DNA of 44,436 nt, from the NCBI GenBank assembly GCA_027339965.1, contig DAHWNL010000077.1, positions 1 to 44,436 on the forward strand. Direction: 5' to 3'. The translations under genes and the position numbers were made by a program. The stretch is from Granulicella sp. Its GTDB lineage: Bacteria > Acidobacteriota > Terriglobia > Terriglobales > Acidobacteriaceae. The notes under the pieces are model-generated. The model was not told the DNA's origin. It saw nothing but the letters and a program-made list of their open reading frames with translations, and did no database searches. Below, one piece after another: positions 18,551 to 28,183 of this stretch (position 1 is its first letter; each line of letters starts with the position of its first letter).

Positions 18551-20125
18551 TTGTCTGGAGGCGGTTTGACCTGGGGAAAATGGGTGTCGGCAGCGTGGAT
18601 TTGGTTAGGGATCGGTCTGGGAATCGCAGGCGCACAGCCCAGGGCCGGGGATCAGACGCCAGCGCCTGCCAAGGGGCCGGTAAGTTCTTCCCCGGCCGTG
18701 GACACGGTATTGACGCCCCAGCAGGAGCAAACTCTGCTGGAGGATGAAGATCAGCTACTGCACTTTGTCAGCCGGATCACCCAACTGCCGATCAAGTCTC
18801 CGGTAAAATGCCGCTTCGTCTCCCGCCAGCAGGTCCACGCGGAACTGCGCAAAAAATTCGATGAGGACAAGGACACGCGGCGCATGGAGCGAAGCGAACT
18901 GGTGTTGAAGAAGTTTGGCCTGCTGGACCAGGACTTTCAGATGCGGCCTTTTCTGCTTCGCCTGCTCACCGAGCAGATCGCCGGCTATTACGACGACAAG
19001 ACCAGACAGATGACCTTGCTGAACTGGGTGCCGATCGAGGAGCAAAAGCCGGTGATGGCTCACGAACTTACCCACGCATTGCAGGACCAGAAGGTGGGCC
19101 TGAAGAAATGGGAGAATCAGGAGATTGCAGGAACGGCGAAGAATGTGAACCAGGACAACCTGCACATCGCCAACGATGATACGGATACGGCTCGCGAGGC
19201 CGTCTTGGAAGGGCAGGCCATGGTCAGCTTTGCCGACTACATGCTGGCTGAAGCCGGGCATCCGGAACGAACTTTGAAGGACGTTCCTCGTCTGGCCCAG
19301 GAGCTGGAGTCCAATGCCGGAGACATGACCGGCTCACCCGTGCTGGCGCGGGCGCCTCTGGTCTTGCAGCAGTCGCTTTTGTTTCCCTACACCTACGGCC
19401 TGGCCTTTGAGGATGACATTCTGTCCCGGCGGGGAACCGGGAGAGCCTTCAGCGGGGTGCTTGAAGACCCACCCAGTTCCAGCTTCCAGGTGATGACTCC
19501 GGCGGCCTATCTGCGTCACCAGCCGGTTCCGCTGATGAAGCTGCCCGACATCCACCCACTGCTGAAGAGCGCAGGTTTTGTGCCCTACGATGTGGGTGTG
19601 ATGGGCGAGCTCGATGTCAGCATGACCGCTGAGCTCTTTGGCGGCCGCCCCCTGGCCCAGGCGCTGGCTCCCGAATGGGATGGCGGCATCTACTACGCGG
19701 CGCAGCGCAAAGACGCATCCGCAGACCAGAAAAAGACAACCGCTTCGCTGGCCATCTTGTACAGCTCGCAGTGGAAGCAGAAAGATTCGGCCCGCACCTT
19801 CTTTCACATCTTTGAGGAAGAACTGCCCCGCCAGTATGATGGCTTGAAGCGCCGTCGGAGTGAGGAGACCAGTCCCGACGAGCGAGTCTACTCCACCTCA
19901 GAGGGTGATGTTCTGCTCAGTATTCAAGGCAAGACGGTCTGGGTGAGCGAGGGCTTCGATCTGGCCACGGCCCGCAAGTTGAGAACCTCTGTCGATCGAG
20001 CCAATGTGCCGGTTGGCAGCGGTCCGGTGATGCAGGCTGGCGTGGTGCCTGCCGGCCAGGATCTGCTGGGTGGGCTGGTGGACGATATCCGCCGGTTCGG
20101 AGTCATGCGCGCAGCGCTGCAATAG
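18551..20125 (+). CDS. Exported hypothetical protein with zinc-metallopeptidase-like motif
   Basis: Signal peptide, AGYYD, AHELTHALQDQ (HExxH), downstream LEGQA, FPY..G. Start uncertain. Confidence 0.75.
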   Translation: MSGGGLTWGKWVSAAWIWLGIGLGIAGAQPRAGDQTPAPAKGPVSSSPAVDTVLTPQQEQTLLEDEDQLLHFVSRITQLPIKSPVKCRFVSRQQVHAELRKKFDEDKDTRRMERSELVLKKFGLLDQDFQMRPFLLRLLTEQIAGYYDDKTRQMTLLNWVPIEEQKPVMAHELTHALQDQKVGLKKWENQEIAGTAKNVNQDNLHIANDDTDTAREAVLEGQAMVSFADYMLAEAGHPERTLKDVPRLAQELESNAGDMTGSPVLARAPLVLQQSLLFPYTYGLAFEDDILSRRGTGRAFSGVLEDPPSSSFQVMTPAAYLRHQPVPLMKLPDIHPLLKSAGFVPYDVGVMGELDVSMTAELFGGRPLAQALAPEWDGGIYYAAQRKDASADQKKTTASLAILYSSQWKQKDSARTFFHIFEEELPRQYDGLKRRRSEETSPDERVYSTSEGDVLLSIQGKTVWVSEGFDLATARKLRTSVDRANVPVGSGPVMQAGVVPAGQDLLGGLVDDIRRFGVMRAALQ

Positions 20126-20182
20126 CCGAGCGGCTCGGCTACCCGTCCGCCCTCGATTCAGAGCGGTCCCGATTCCGGCAGC

Positions 20183-20794
20183 TTACTTCTGCGGCTCGAG
20201 CGACATGATGGAGAGCCCGATCAGCCCCTGTACCCAGCGCGCGGGCTTGGCGCCGTCGGTGTTGATCAACTCAATATCGCCGCCCTCGGAGTCCGGTAGC
20301 CCGTTCTTCATCACCGCGACCAGGACTTTGCTCAGGGAAAACGACGGCTCCACCTCCGCTGCCGAGTACAGGACGTAGTAGTGGTCCGTCCCGGTAGCGA
20401 TGACCACGCTGTGCAGGATGAGCGGTTGCGTCTGGCGGTTGGCCACAAAGCTGATCTTGGCCAGCACAGTGGAGAGTAGTGGCCCGGTGTATGTCTCCGG
20501 AATTCCGCCCCGATGGGCGTTGTGCACCTGCACGGTTACCTGGGGTAGATTCAGCAGATCGGTGACTGACAGGCTCATGCTCTTGCCTTGGAACTCGAGC
20601 GCTACGCTGGAAGAGGGAGGCACGGGCGGTTTGGATGCTTTGGCGCTGGTCTGGGCGCTGGTCTGGGCTTGCGCGCAGAGAGCCCCGTACGTGAGGACCA
20701 AGACCAGGGCACGGAGCAGACCAGAGGCCACAGGCGACAGACGAAGTGGTCGAAGGAGGGGCGATATGCCAGCGGGAGGATTGTTCATGCTCAA
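20183..20794 (-). CDS. Exported protein with molybdopterin-oxidoreductase (sulfite oxidase-like) fold
   Basis: Signal peptide; YTGPLLSTVL, ATGTDHY.VLYS..E, ARWVQGL resemble the oxidored_molyb domain. Confidence 0.6.
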   Translation of the reverse strand: MSMNNPPAGISPLLRPLRLSPVASGLLRALVLVLTYGALCAQAQTSAQTSAKASKPPVPPSSSVALEFQGKSMSLSVTDLLNLPQVTVQVHNAHRGGIPETYTGPLLSTVLAKISFVANRQTQPLILHSVVIATGTDHYYVLYSAAEVEPSFSLSKVLVAVMKNGLPDSEGGDIELINTDGAKPARWVQGLIGLSIMSLEPQK

Positions 20795-20856
20795 AAGCTT
20801 ATCGCCAAGAAGCGAAGCGGTATATAGCCTTCTTGAAACCGACGTATACTGGAGCC

Positions 20857-21360
20857 ATGTCGATTGTTCGCAATGCCGCCGCCATCGCCAAAGGAATGAG
20901 CATCACCCTGAGGGAAGCTTTCCAGCCCTCCCAGGTGGAGAACTACCCGGACGGGAAGGGCCCCATGCGCGGCGCGCAGTTCCAGGAGCGCTTTCGCGGG
21001 AAGCATCAGTTGCAGCGTGATGAAGATGGGCTGGAGAAGTGTGTCGCCTGTTTCCTCTGCGCAGCGGCCTGTCCCTCGAACTGCATCTATATTGAGGCCG
21101 CCGACAATACCAGCGAGAACCGCATCTCCTCCGCCGATCGCTATGCCAAGGTCTACAACATCGATTACAACCGCTGCATCTTCTGCGGTTACTGCGTGGA
21201 GGCCTGCCCCACCGATGCCATTACCCATGGGCATGGATTTGAGCTGGCCAGTCTGAATGCAACCACTATGGTGATGCGCAAAGAGGATCTGCTGGTTCCT
21301 GCAGCCGCCGCAAAAGAGACGCTCTCCGCCGCTCAAGAAGAGGTTGAAGCCCTCGTGTAG
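20857..21360 (+). CDS. nuoI: NADH-quinone oxidoreductase subunit I (2x[4Fe-4S])
   Basis: RFRGKH.L, CVACFLCAAACP, IDYNRCIFCGYCVEACPTDAI. GGAG RBS before ATG 20857. Confidence 0.93.
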   Translation: MSIVRNAAAIAKGMSITLREAFQPSQVENYPDGKGPMRGAQFQERFRGKHQLQRDEDGLEKCVACFLCAAACPSNCIYIEAADNTSENRISSADRYAKVYNIDYNRCIFCGYCVEACPTDAITHGHGFELASLNATTMVMRKEDLLVPAAAAKETLSAAQEEVEALV

Positions 21361-21388
21361 GCCGTGAAGCTTTACATTCAGAATTCAC

Positions 21389-21414
21389 GGCGAGCCCATA
21401 CGGCTCGCCTTCTT
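21389..21414 (+). terminator. Possible intrinsic terminator after nuoI
   Basis: Stem GGCGAGCC/GGCTCGCC, loop CATAC, then a weak U tract TTCTT. Confidence 0.4.
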
Positions 21415-21456
21415 GTACCCGGGCAACGTGGCCTTTAGGCCGCTGTGGAGAAGTAC

Positions 21457-22593
21457 ATGCAGAGACAGATTCATCCGTTGGAGAAGCTGCTGGAGGAGCG
21501 GATCGCCATTCTCGACGGCGCCATGGGAACCACGATCCGGACGTACGGCATGAAGGAGTCTGATATTCGAGCAGATCGATTTCAGGATGCCGGCAAGGAT
21601 CTGCTCAACAATGGAGATCTGTTTTCGCTTACCCAGCCGGCCATGATTGGGGACATTCACCGGCGCTTCCTGGAAGCCGGAGCGGACATCATCGAAACGA
21701 ACACCTTTGGAGCGACCAGCATCGCGCAGAGCGAGTTCTTCGTGCAGGATCCGCGGGAGCGCGGCGAACGGAAGAATCCGGAGTTTTATCAGAAGATCAT
21801 CGAGGATAGCTCGCTGCGGCAACTGGCCTGGGATATCAATGAGACCTCGGCGCGGCAGTGCCGCCAGTGGGCGGATCGCGTCGCCGAAGATACTGGGCGG
21901 CCGCGTTTCGTGGCCGGGGCGATCGGACCTCTCACGGTTTCGCTCTCCAACTCGCCGGATGCGGACGATCCTGGTTTTCGCGTGGTGACCTTTGATCAGG
22001 TGAAGACCGCATACGCTGATCAGGTGCGAGCCTTGATCGCAGGGGGGGTCGATCTGCTCCTGGTGGAAACTATCTTTGATTCGCTCAACGCGAAGGCTGC
22101 CCTGGTAGCCATCCGCGAGGTCTGCGACGAGCAGGGCCTCTCCACGACGGGCAGGCAGTTGCCCATCATGATCTCGGCTGCGGTTGGAAGAGGCGGAGAG
22201 ACGCTGATCTCCGCGCAGACCACGGAGGCGTTCTGGACTGCAGTCAAGCATGTCAAGCCGCTCTCCGTAGGACTCAACTGCTCGCTTGGCCCGGAGTTGA
22301 TGTATCCCTTCCTGAGCGATCTGTCCGCCAAAGCGGAGGTCGCCATCTCCTGCTATCCCAATGCTGGTCTTCCCAACCCGCTCTCTCCCACGGGCTTTGA
22401 TCTGGGTCCGGAAGATATGGCGGGCTGGCTCAAGAGCTTTGCCGGGGAAGGCTTGATCAATATCGCCGGCGGCTGCTGCGGCAATACGCCGGAGCATATC
22501 GCTGCGATTGCGCGGGCGTTGCAAGGCATGCACCCGCGAGAAGCGCGCGAGCTGGCGCAACGGAAGGGTGAAGACCGCGGGGTGAGCGCTTGA
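21457..22593 (+). CDS. metH: Cobalamin-dependent methionine synthase, homocysteine-binding (Zn) module (split MetH part 1)
   Basis: [51 protein letters not shown]. Confidence 0.93.
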   Translation: MQRQIHPLEKLLEERIAILDGAMGTTIRTYGMKESDIRADRFQDAGKDLLNNGDLFSLTQPAMIGDIHRRFLEAGADIIETNTFGATSIAQSEFFVQDPRERGERKNPEFYQKIIEDSSLRQLAWDINETSARQCRQWADRVAEDTGRPRFVAGAIGPLTVSLSNSPDADDPGFRVVTFDQVKTAYADQVRALIAGGVDLLLVETIFDSLNAKAALVAIREVCDEQGLSTTGRQLPIMISAAVGRGGETLISAQTTEAFWTAVKHVKPLSVGLNCSLGPELMYPFLSDLSAKAEVAISCYPNAGLPNPLSPTGFDLGPEDMAGWLKSFAGEGLINIAGGCCGNTPEHIAAIARALQGMHPREARELAQRKGEDRGVSA

Positions 22594-25361
22594 AGACAAA
22601 CCTTCCCGCCGAGACTTCTCCAGGCGCCGAGTTCCGGCCCCTGCGTCTCTCCGGCAGCCAGCCTTTCACGCAACAGAAGGGCGTCTTCATCATGATTGGC
22701 GAACGGACGAATGTGGCCGGCTCGCCGAAGTTCGCTGGTCTGGTGAAAGAAGGCAAGTTTGAAGAGGCCGTAAGCATCGCGCAGCAGCAGGTGGAGAATG
22801 GCGCCAACATCCTGGACATCTGTATGGATGAGGGGATGATTGACGGCGTGGCGGCCATGACTCGCTACCTGCAGCTTCTGGCCAGTGAGCCGGAGGTAGC
22901 CAAAGTACCTTTCATGGTTGACTCCTCCAAGTGGGAGGTGATTGAGGCCGGGCTCAAATGGATGCAGGGAAAGGGAATCGTCAACTCCATCTCACTGAAG
23001 GAGGGCGAGCCGAGATTCCGGCAGCACGCTGAGACCATCCTGAAGTACGGTGCCGCCGCTGTCGTGATGGCCTTTGACGAGCAAGGTCAGGCAGCCGGCT
23101 TTGCGGACAAGATTCGAGTCTGTGAACGCGCCTACAGGCTATTGGTGGATCAAATTGGCTTCGCGCCTGAAGATGTGGTCTTCGATCCGAATATTCTTAC
23201 TGTGGCCACGGGCATGGAGGAGCACAACAACTACGCTGTTGACTTCATCAACGCCACGCGCTGGATCAAGGCGAACCTACCCCATGCCAAGGTGAGCGGT
23301 GGCGTCTCCAACATCTCGTTCAGCTTTCGCGGCAACAACAAGGTGCGCGAGGCGATGCACTCGGCCTTCCTCTTCCACGCCCTTCAGGCCGGCCTGGATA
23401 TGGGCATTGTCAATGCCGGAATGCTGGAGGTCTATGAAGAGATTGAACCCGAGCTGAAAGAGCTGGTGGAGGACGTTCTGCTCAACCGCCGCGCGGACGC
23501 GACGGAACGTCTGGTGGAGTACGGCGACAGGGTAAAGAGCTTCGCCGGCAACGTGAGCCTGAGCGAGCGCAAGACCGAGGAGTGGCGCAACGGAAGCGTG
23601 GAAGAACGCCTGGCGCACGCTCTGGTGAAGGGAATCGACGCCTACATCGAGCAAGACAGCGAAGAGGCCAGGGTCAAGCTGGGCCGCCCGTTGCTTGTCA
23701 TCGAGGGTCCGCTGATGGCTGGGATGAGCGTGGTGGGCGATCTCTTCGGGGCCGGCAAGATGTTTCTTCCGCAGGTGGTGAAGTCCGCGCGGGTGATGAA
23801 GAAGGCGGTCGCCTACCTGACTCCCTACATGGAGGCAGAGAAGCTGGCTCTGGAGGCCTCAGGTCAAGCCATCAAAGCTCAGGGCAGGATCCTTCTGGCC
23901 ACCGTCAAAGGCGACGTCCACGATATTGGCAAGAACATTGTGGGTGTGGTGCTGGCGTGCAACAACTATGAGGTGATCGACCTGGGCGTTATGGTGGCCT
24001 GTGAGAAGATCCTGGAGCGCGCGCGAGAGGTAAAGGCGGATATCGTCGGCCTGAGCGGGCTCATCACGCCTTCGCTGGATGAGATGATTCATGTGGCCCG
24101 AGAGATGGAGCGCCAAGGCTTCCAGGTCCCTTTGCTGATTGGAGGCGCCACCACCAGCAAGGCGCATACGGCGATCAAGATTGCGCCTCACTACAGCCGG
24201 CCGGTGGTGCATGTGCTGGACGCCAGCCGCGCCGTCCCGGTGACCAGCGTCCTGCTCAGCGAGAGCAGCTCGGAGTTCATCCGGCAACATCAGGAAGAGT
24301 ACGAGGCTCTGCGCCGCAGGCATGCCGCGCCGCCCCAACCTGTCATCCCTCTCGAAGCTGCGCGCGAGCGGCGCACGCCCATTCTGTGGCGGGCGGAGGA
24401 TCTTCCCCAGCCGGAGCAACTCGGTATCCAGGTGTTACAGAACTTCCCTTTGGAGGAGTTGCGCGAGTACATCGACTGGACGCCCTTCTTCCATGCGTGG
24501 GGACTGAAGGGCATCTATCCGCGCATTCTGGAGGATCAAGGGCGGGGCGAAGATGGGCAGGGAGCCGAGGCGCGCCGGATCTTCGATGACGCCAACAAGC
24601 TGCTGGACCGCATTGTCGCCGAGAAGCTGTTGACGGCCAATGGCGTCTTCGGGCTCTTTCCTGCCAAAGCCATCGGAGATGATGTTGAGGTATGCTCCGA
24701 TGAAGCCCGTCGCCAGGTCCGGGAAAGATTCCACTTCCTGCGTCAGCAGGCCCATCGTGAGGGAAGTGAGCCTTGCCGCTGCCTGGCCGACTTCATCGCA
24801 CCGGCTTCCACCGGCCTGGCCGATCACATGGGAGCCTTTGCCGTTACCAGCGGGATTGGGCTCAAAGAGCTCTGTGACAGCTTCCGCGCCGTCCATGACG
24901 ACTACAACGCCATCATGGCTGAGGCCATTGCGGATCGGCTCGCCGAGGCCTTTGCGGAGTGCCTGCACAAACGCGCTCGTGACCAGTGGGGGTATGGACG
25001 GTCCGAGAACCTGACCCCAGCCGAGCTGATCCAGGAGGGGTATCGGGGAATTCGTCCCGCGCCGGGTTATCCTGCCTGCCCGGACCACACCGAAAAGGGC
25101 ACGATCTGGGAGCTGCTCCAGGTGGAGGCCAACACGGGGATGAAGCTTACCGAGTCGTATGCCATGTGGCCGGGCTCGAGCGTCAGTGGGCTGTACTTTG
25201 CCCATCCCGAGGCGCGCTACTTCAGCCTGGGCAAGATCGACCGCGACCAGGTGAGCGACTACGCTGCCCGCAAGCAGTGCAACGTGGCAGAGGTCGAGCG
25301 CTGGCTGGAGCCAAATCTCAACTATGATCGGGAGACAGGTTCAGAGGACGGCAAGATCTGA
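22590..25361 (+). CDS. metH: Cobalamin-dependent methionine synthase, pterin + B12 + reactivation modules (split MetH part 2)
   Basis: [76 protein letters not shown] start overlaps the upstream stop. Confidence 0.95.
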   Translation: MKTNLPAETSPGAEFRPLRLSGSQPFTQQKGVFIMIGERTNVAGSPKFAGLVKEGKFEEAVSIAQQQVENGANILDICMDEGMIDGVAAMTRYLQLLASEPEVAKVPFMVDSSKWEVIEAGLKWMQGKGIVNSISLKEGEPRFRQHAETILKYGAAAVVMAFDEQGQAAGFADKIRVCERAYRLLVDQIGFAPEDVVFDPNILTVATGMEEHNNYAVDFINATRWIKANLPHAKVSGGVSNISFSFRGNNKVREAMHSAFLFHALQAGLDMGIVNAGMLEVYEEIEPELKELVEDVLLNRRADATERLVEYGDRVKSFAGNVSLSERKTEEWRNGSVEERLAHALVKGIDAYIEQDSEEARVKLGRPLLVIEGPLMAGMSVVGDLFGAGKMFLPQVVKSARVMKKAVAYLTPYMEAEKLALEASGQAIKAQGRILLATVKGDVHDIGKNIVGVVLACNNYEVIDLGVMVACEKILERAREVKADIVGLSGLITPSLDEMIHVAREMERQGFQVPLLIGGATTSKAHTAIKIAPHYSRPVVHVLDASRAVPVTSVLLSESSSEFIRQHQEEYEALRRRHAAPPQPVIPLEAARERRTPILWRAEDLPQPEQLGIQVLQNFPLEELREYIDWTPFFHAWGLKGIYPRILEDQGRGEDGQGAEARRIFDDANKLLDRIVAEKLLTANGVFGLFPAKAIGDDVEVCSDEARRQVRERFHFLRQQAHREGSEPCRCLADFIAPASTGLADHMGAFAVTSGIGLKELCDSFRAVHDDYNAIMAEAIADRLAEAFAECLHKRARDQWGYGRSENLTPAELIQEGYRGIRPAPGYPACPDHTEKGTIWELLQVEANTGMKLTESYAMWPGSSVSGLYFAHPEARYFSLGKIDRDQVSDYAARKQCNVAEVERWLEPNLNYDRETGSEDGKI

Positions 25362-25432
25362 CCGCCGGCGCGGCGCGGCATATGCCCTGTGCAGAAATCG
25401 AGACGCAGGGGGAGTCTACCTCTCCGATCCGG

Positions 25433-25885
25433 TCAGGACTGTGGAACGACAGCGGCTACATCGCCCGTAGGAGCGGCGCCGGGCTTGGCGGGAGCATACT
25501 TGCTGGCGCACTTGGCCTGCAATTGCGTTGCATGGAAGGTTCCATCCCGCCCGTACGTTCCAACAGCAAGGGTCTGGGCTCCATCCTTGAACTCGTCGGG
25601 CGGAGGCTCTGCGCCGTTGTAGTCCACGCGCAGCGTTTTGCCCTGCTCGGTCAGGATGAAGTTGGCTGCCGGTCCGTTGCGCGTAATACTGCCGGGCTGA
25701 ACGTTGCCGGCAACGCGCAGGTTGACCCTGTACGCCTTGTTTCCCATCGCCTGGAGCTCTGCGACGGTTACGTAATAGCTCTTCGCGTTCCCAGCCGCCG
25801 AAACCGAGAGCCAGGCAACGGTGCCCAGAACGATGGCTCCAGCGACGACGAACTTCAGAAGGGAATTGGGTCTCTGCTTTGCCAT
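25433..25885 (-). CDS. ccmE: Cytochrome c maturation heme chaperone CcmE (Cys variant)
   Basis: N-terminal TM, YYVTV.EL, LRVAGNV.PGS, PPDEFKDG, QAKCASKY. Confidence 0.88.
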   Translation of the reverse strand: MAKQRPNSLLKFVVAGAIVLGTVAWLSVSAAGNAKSYYVTVAELQAMGNKAYRVNLRVAGNVQPGSITRNGPAANFILTEQGKTLRVDYNGAEPPPDEFKDGAQTLAVGTYGRDGTFHATQLQAKCASKYAPAKPGAAPTGDVAAVVPQS

Positions 25886-25897
25886 ACCAGCCTCAGT

Positions 25898-27013
25898 TTA
25901 CTCCGTGAAGTGGACGGCCAGGGTGTGATTCTGGTCACTGGCTTCGAGCGCGAGCTCCAGCAGGCGAATCGTCCGGAAGGCGTCCTCCGCGGAGATCTCC
26001 AGTGGCGCCTCGCCGCGAATCGCGTCGCGCACATTGGCGTAGAAGCGACGATAGTCCCCGCTCTCGGTGGCAAGTTTGCTGCGCTCTACCAGAATCGGCT
26101 CGGTCACGCGCCTGGCCAGCGTCAGGGTGCCCCAGGACGACTCCGCCTCTGGCAGCCAGGGTTCCGGCGATCCAAGCCGGGTTGGTCTGGAGCCTTCAAG
26201 TAGCGCAGCTTCTTGTGGATCCAGCCCAAATTTAATGTAGCTTCCCATGGTTCCATTTACGCGAAAGCGGGGTGCCGGCTCAGGTGCGAGCATGGTGGCA
26301 TGGCACTCGTAGCGCAAGCGGTGACCCTCTGACAAGTCAAACTCCAGGACGATGTCGAAGGCATCCTCAATTGCGGTCACATCCCGTTCGTGGCGAACGC
26401 TGGCAGAGATTGTTTTGGGGATGCCGAACAGCGCCAGCGATTGGTCTACAAGATGCGGTCCCAGATCGAAGAGAATTCCATTCGCGGCTCCTCCCGCTTC
26501 CTTCCAGGTGTTGGCCCGCTGTAGGGGCCGAAAGCGATCGAAGTGCGAATCCACCAACGTGATTCTGCCCAGGCGGCCCTCCTTCTTCAGCCTCTTCAAG
26601 GTCAGAAAGTCACCGTCAAAACGGCGGTTGTGGAAGGGAGCCAGCAGCCTGGCCTGGCGCTGGGCGAGCGCCATCAATGCCCGGACTTGCGAGGCCGAAC
26701 CAGCGACTGGCTTGTCGACGACGACATGCTTGCCGCTCTCCAGAGCACGCTGCGCCATCTCCACATGCGAGTCGTTGGGCGTGGCCACCACGATCAGATC
26801 GATAGCTGGATCGGCGAAGGCCTCTTCAGCCGACCGCAGCAGCCGGATCCCGGGATAATCTTCCGCAGCCGTATCTCCATGCCGCTGCACGATGGCCGTC
26901 AACTCCAGCCCGGGAACCGTGCTCACAAAAGGGGAGTGAAAGATGCGGCCGGCCAATCCATATCCCAAAACGGCGGTGCGAATGGGCGCTGTCTGTCTGG
27001 TTTCGGTTGACAC
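25898..27013 (-). CDS. Gfo/Idh/MocA-family oxidoreductase (YdgJ/IolW-like)
   Basis: GYGLAGRIFH.P, VATPNDSH, VVVDKP, HNRRFDGDF, FDRFRP, DLGPHLVDQ. GTG start with AAGGAG RBS. Confidence 0.92.
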   Translation of the reverse strand: MSTETRQTAPIRTAVLGYGLAGRIFHSPFVSTVPGLELTAIVQRHGDTAAEDYPGIRLLRSAEEAFADPAIDLIVVATPNDSHVEMAQRALESGKHVVVDKPVAGSASQVRALMALAQRQARLLAPFHNRRFDGDFLTLKRLKKEGRLGRITLVDSHFDRFRPLQRANTWKEAGGAANGILFDLGPHLVDQSLALFGIPKTISASVRHERDVTAIEDAFDIVLEFDLSEGHRLRYECHATMLAPEPAPRFRVNGTMGSYIKFGLDPQEAALLEGSRPTRLGSPEPWLPEAESSWGTLTLARRVTEPILVERSKLATESGDYRRFYANVRDAIRGEAPLEISAEDAFRTIRLLELALEASDQNHTLAVHFTE

Positions 27014-27135
27014 GGTTCTCTCCTTCTCCCTGCCTAAGGGATCGCAGCCGCAGGTCAGGCGATGGCAGTTTTCGCCAAAACCAAGCCCACGAGGGTAGCT
27101 TTGGCGCGTAGGCGCGGACACTGCGGAGCGCCGTT

Positions 27136-28014
27136 TTAGCGGTTTTTCGGCGGCGGGTTGACCGGAGAGTACGGCTTCACCGGGGTATCGCCCAGCAGCC
27201 GCGCCACATCCGGCTCGATCGCCGATGCCATCAGGCGCTGCCCTGCGGTATTGGGGTGCAGCGCGGGCCCCGGAGGTGAAAGGGTCGGGTCATAAAACAG
27301 GCTGGTATCCAACTGTCCAAAAGTATAAAAGACCACGCTCACGTCGATGTAGGAGACCATGGGATCCTCCCCGCCCGCATAGTGGGCGCCCAGATAATCA
27401 TTCACATCGAAGTTCACCTCCCGGGAGGGCAGCGCAGTGGGCAACAAACCCATCAGAAGGATTTTCGTTTGCGGCAGGCGGCGTTCCAGGTCCTTGATCA
27501 CCGCGTCGATCCCCTCCTCAGTCTGTTTGGCCGTCTGTCCTGAGGCTGTATTGTTGGTTCCGATCAGCAGGATGACCAGCTTGGGGTGAAGGCCGGCCAC
27601 CTCTCCGTGATCCAGCCGCCAGAGCACGTTGGCGGTTGTGTCACCACTGAAGCCAAGGTTCAAGGCCTTGCGGGGGGCGTAGTACGCGTCCCAGATGGGC
27701 TGAAAGTTCTGGTTGGGCGGATCTGCCTTGTCGTAGTTGTTGGTAATGGAGTCTCCGATGAGCAGCAACTGGGCATCGGGGTGGGTGGCCAGTTGAGCAA
27801 GAATCTGCTTGTGCCGTGTCGCCCACCAACCCTCCGCGAGCCGGCCGGTGGGCACAATTGCAGGATCTTGCGTTGCAGAAGCTTGCGCTGCGGGGGCGGC
27901 GTCTGGGGAGATCGTTGTCGTGGCGGCCCCCTGCGCGCCAGAGGGCGCCGGATGAATTGCAAGCGCTCCCAGCAGGAGCGCGGCGGTGTGAAGATGCAGC
28001 AGAGAGCGCTTCAT
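27136..28014 (-). CDS. Exported SGNH/GDSL esterase (PAF-acetylhydrolase-like)
   Basis: Signal peptide, IGDSIT, NLGFSGDTT.NVLWRL, LIGTNN, LHPN. Confidence 0.88.
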   Translation of the reverse strand: MKRSLLHLHTAALLLGALAIHPAPSGAQGAATTTISPDAAPAAQASATQDPAIVPTGRLAEGWWATRHKQILAQLATHPDAQLLLIGDSITNNYDKADPPNQNFQPIWDAYYAPRKALNLGFSGDTTANVLWRLDHGEVAGLHPKLVILLIGTNNTASGQTAKQTEEGIDAVIKDLERRLPQTKILLMGLLPTALPSREVNFDVNDYLGAHYAGGEDPMVSYIDVSVVFYTFGQLDTSLFYDPTLSPPGPALHPNTAGQRLMASAIEPDVARLLGDTPVKPYSPVNPPPKNR

Positions 28015-28183
28015 AACTCTAAATGCTACGACGAAGCCCATAGCTTTTGGTGATCCGTCCCCGCATCCGGCGAGGGCCCGCGCCGGTGGACCGGCGCACA
28101 GGTTCACGAAGAGAGACCTCTGATCTCAACCGCGCTTGCAGTGGTTGAAGTGGGGCAGCATGGGCTCGCGCTCGGGGGCCGGA

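Noticed and set aside
21361..21456. SAM or cobalamin riboswitch upstream of metH
   Set aside because: The region is under 100 bp and I see no consensus elements of these riboswitches.
22585..22600. metH as a frameshifted pseudogene
   Set aside because: The break is at a domain boundary with a stop/start overlap and both halves keep all motifs; treated as a natural split.
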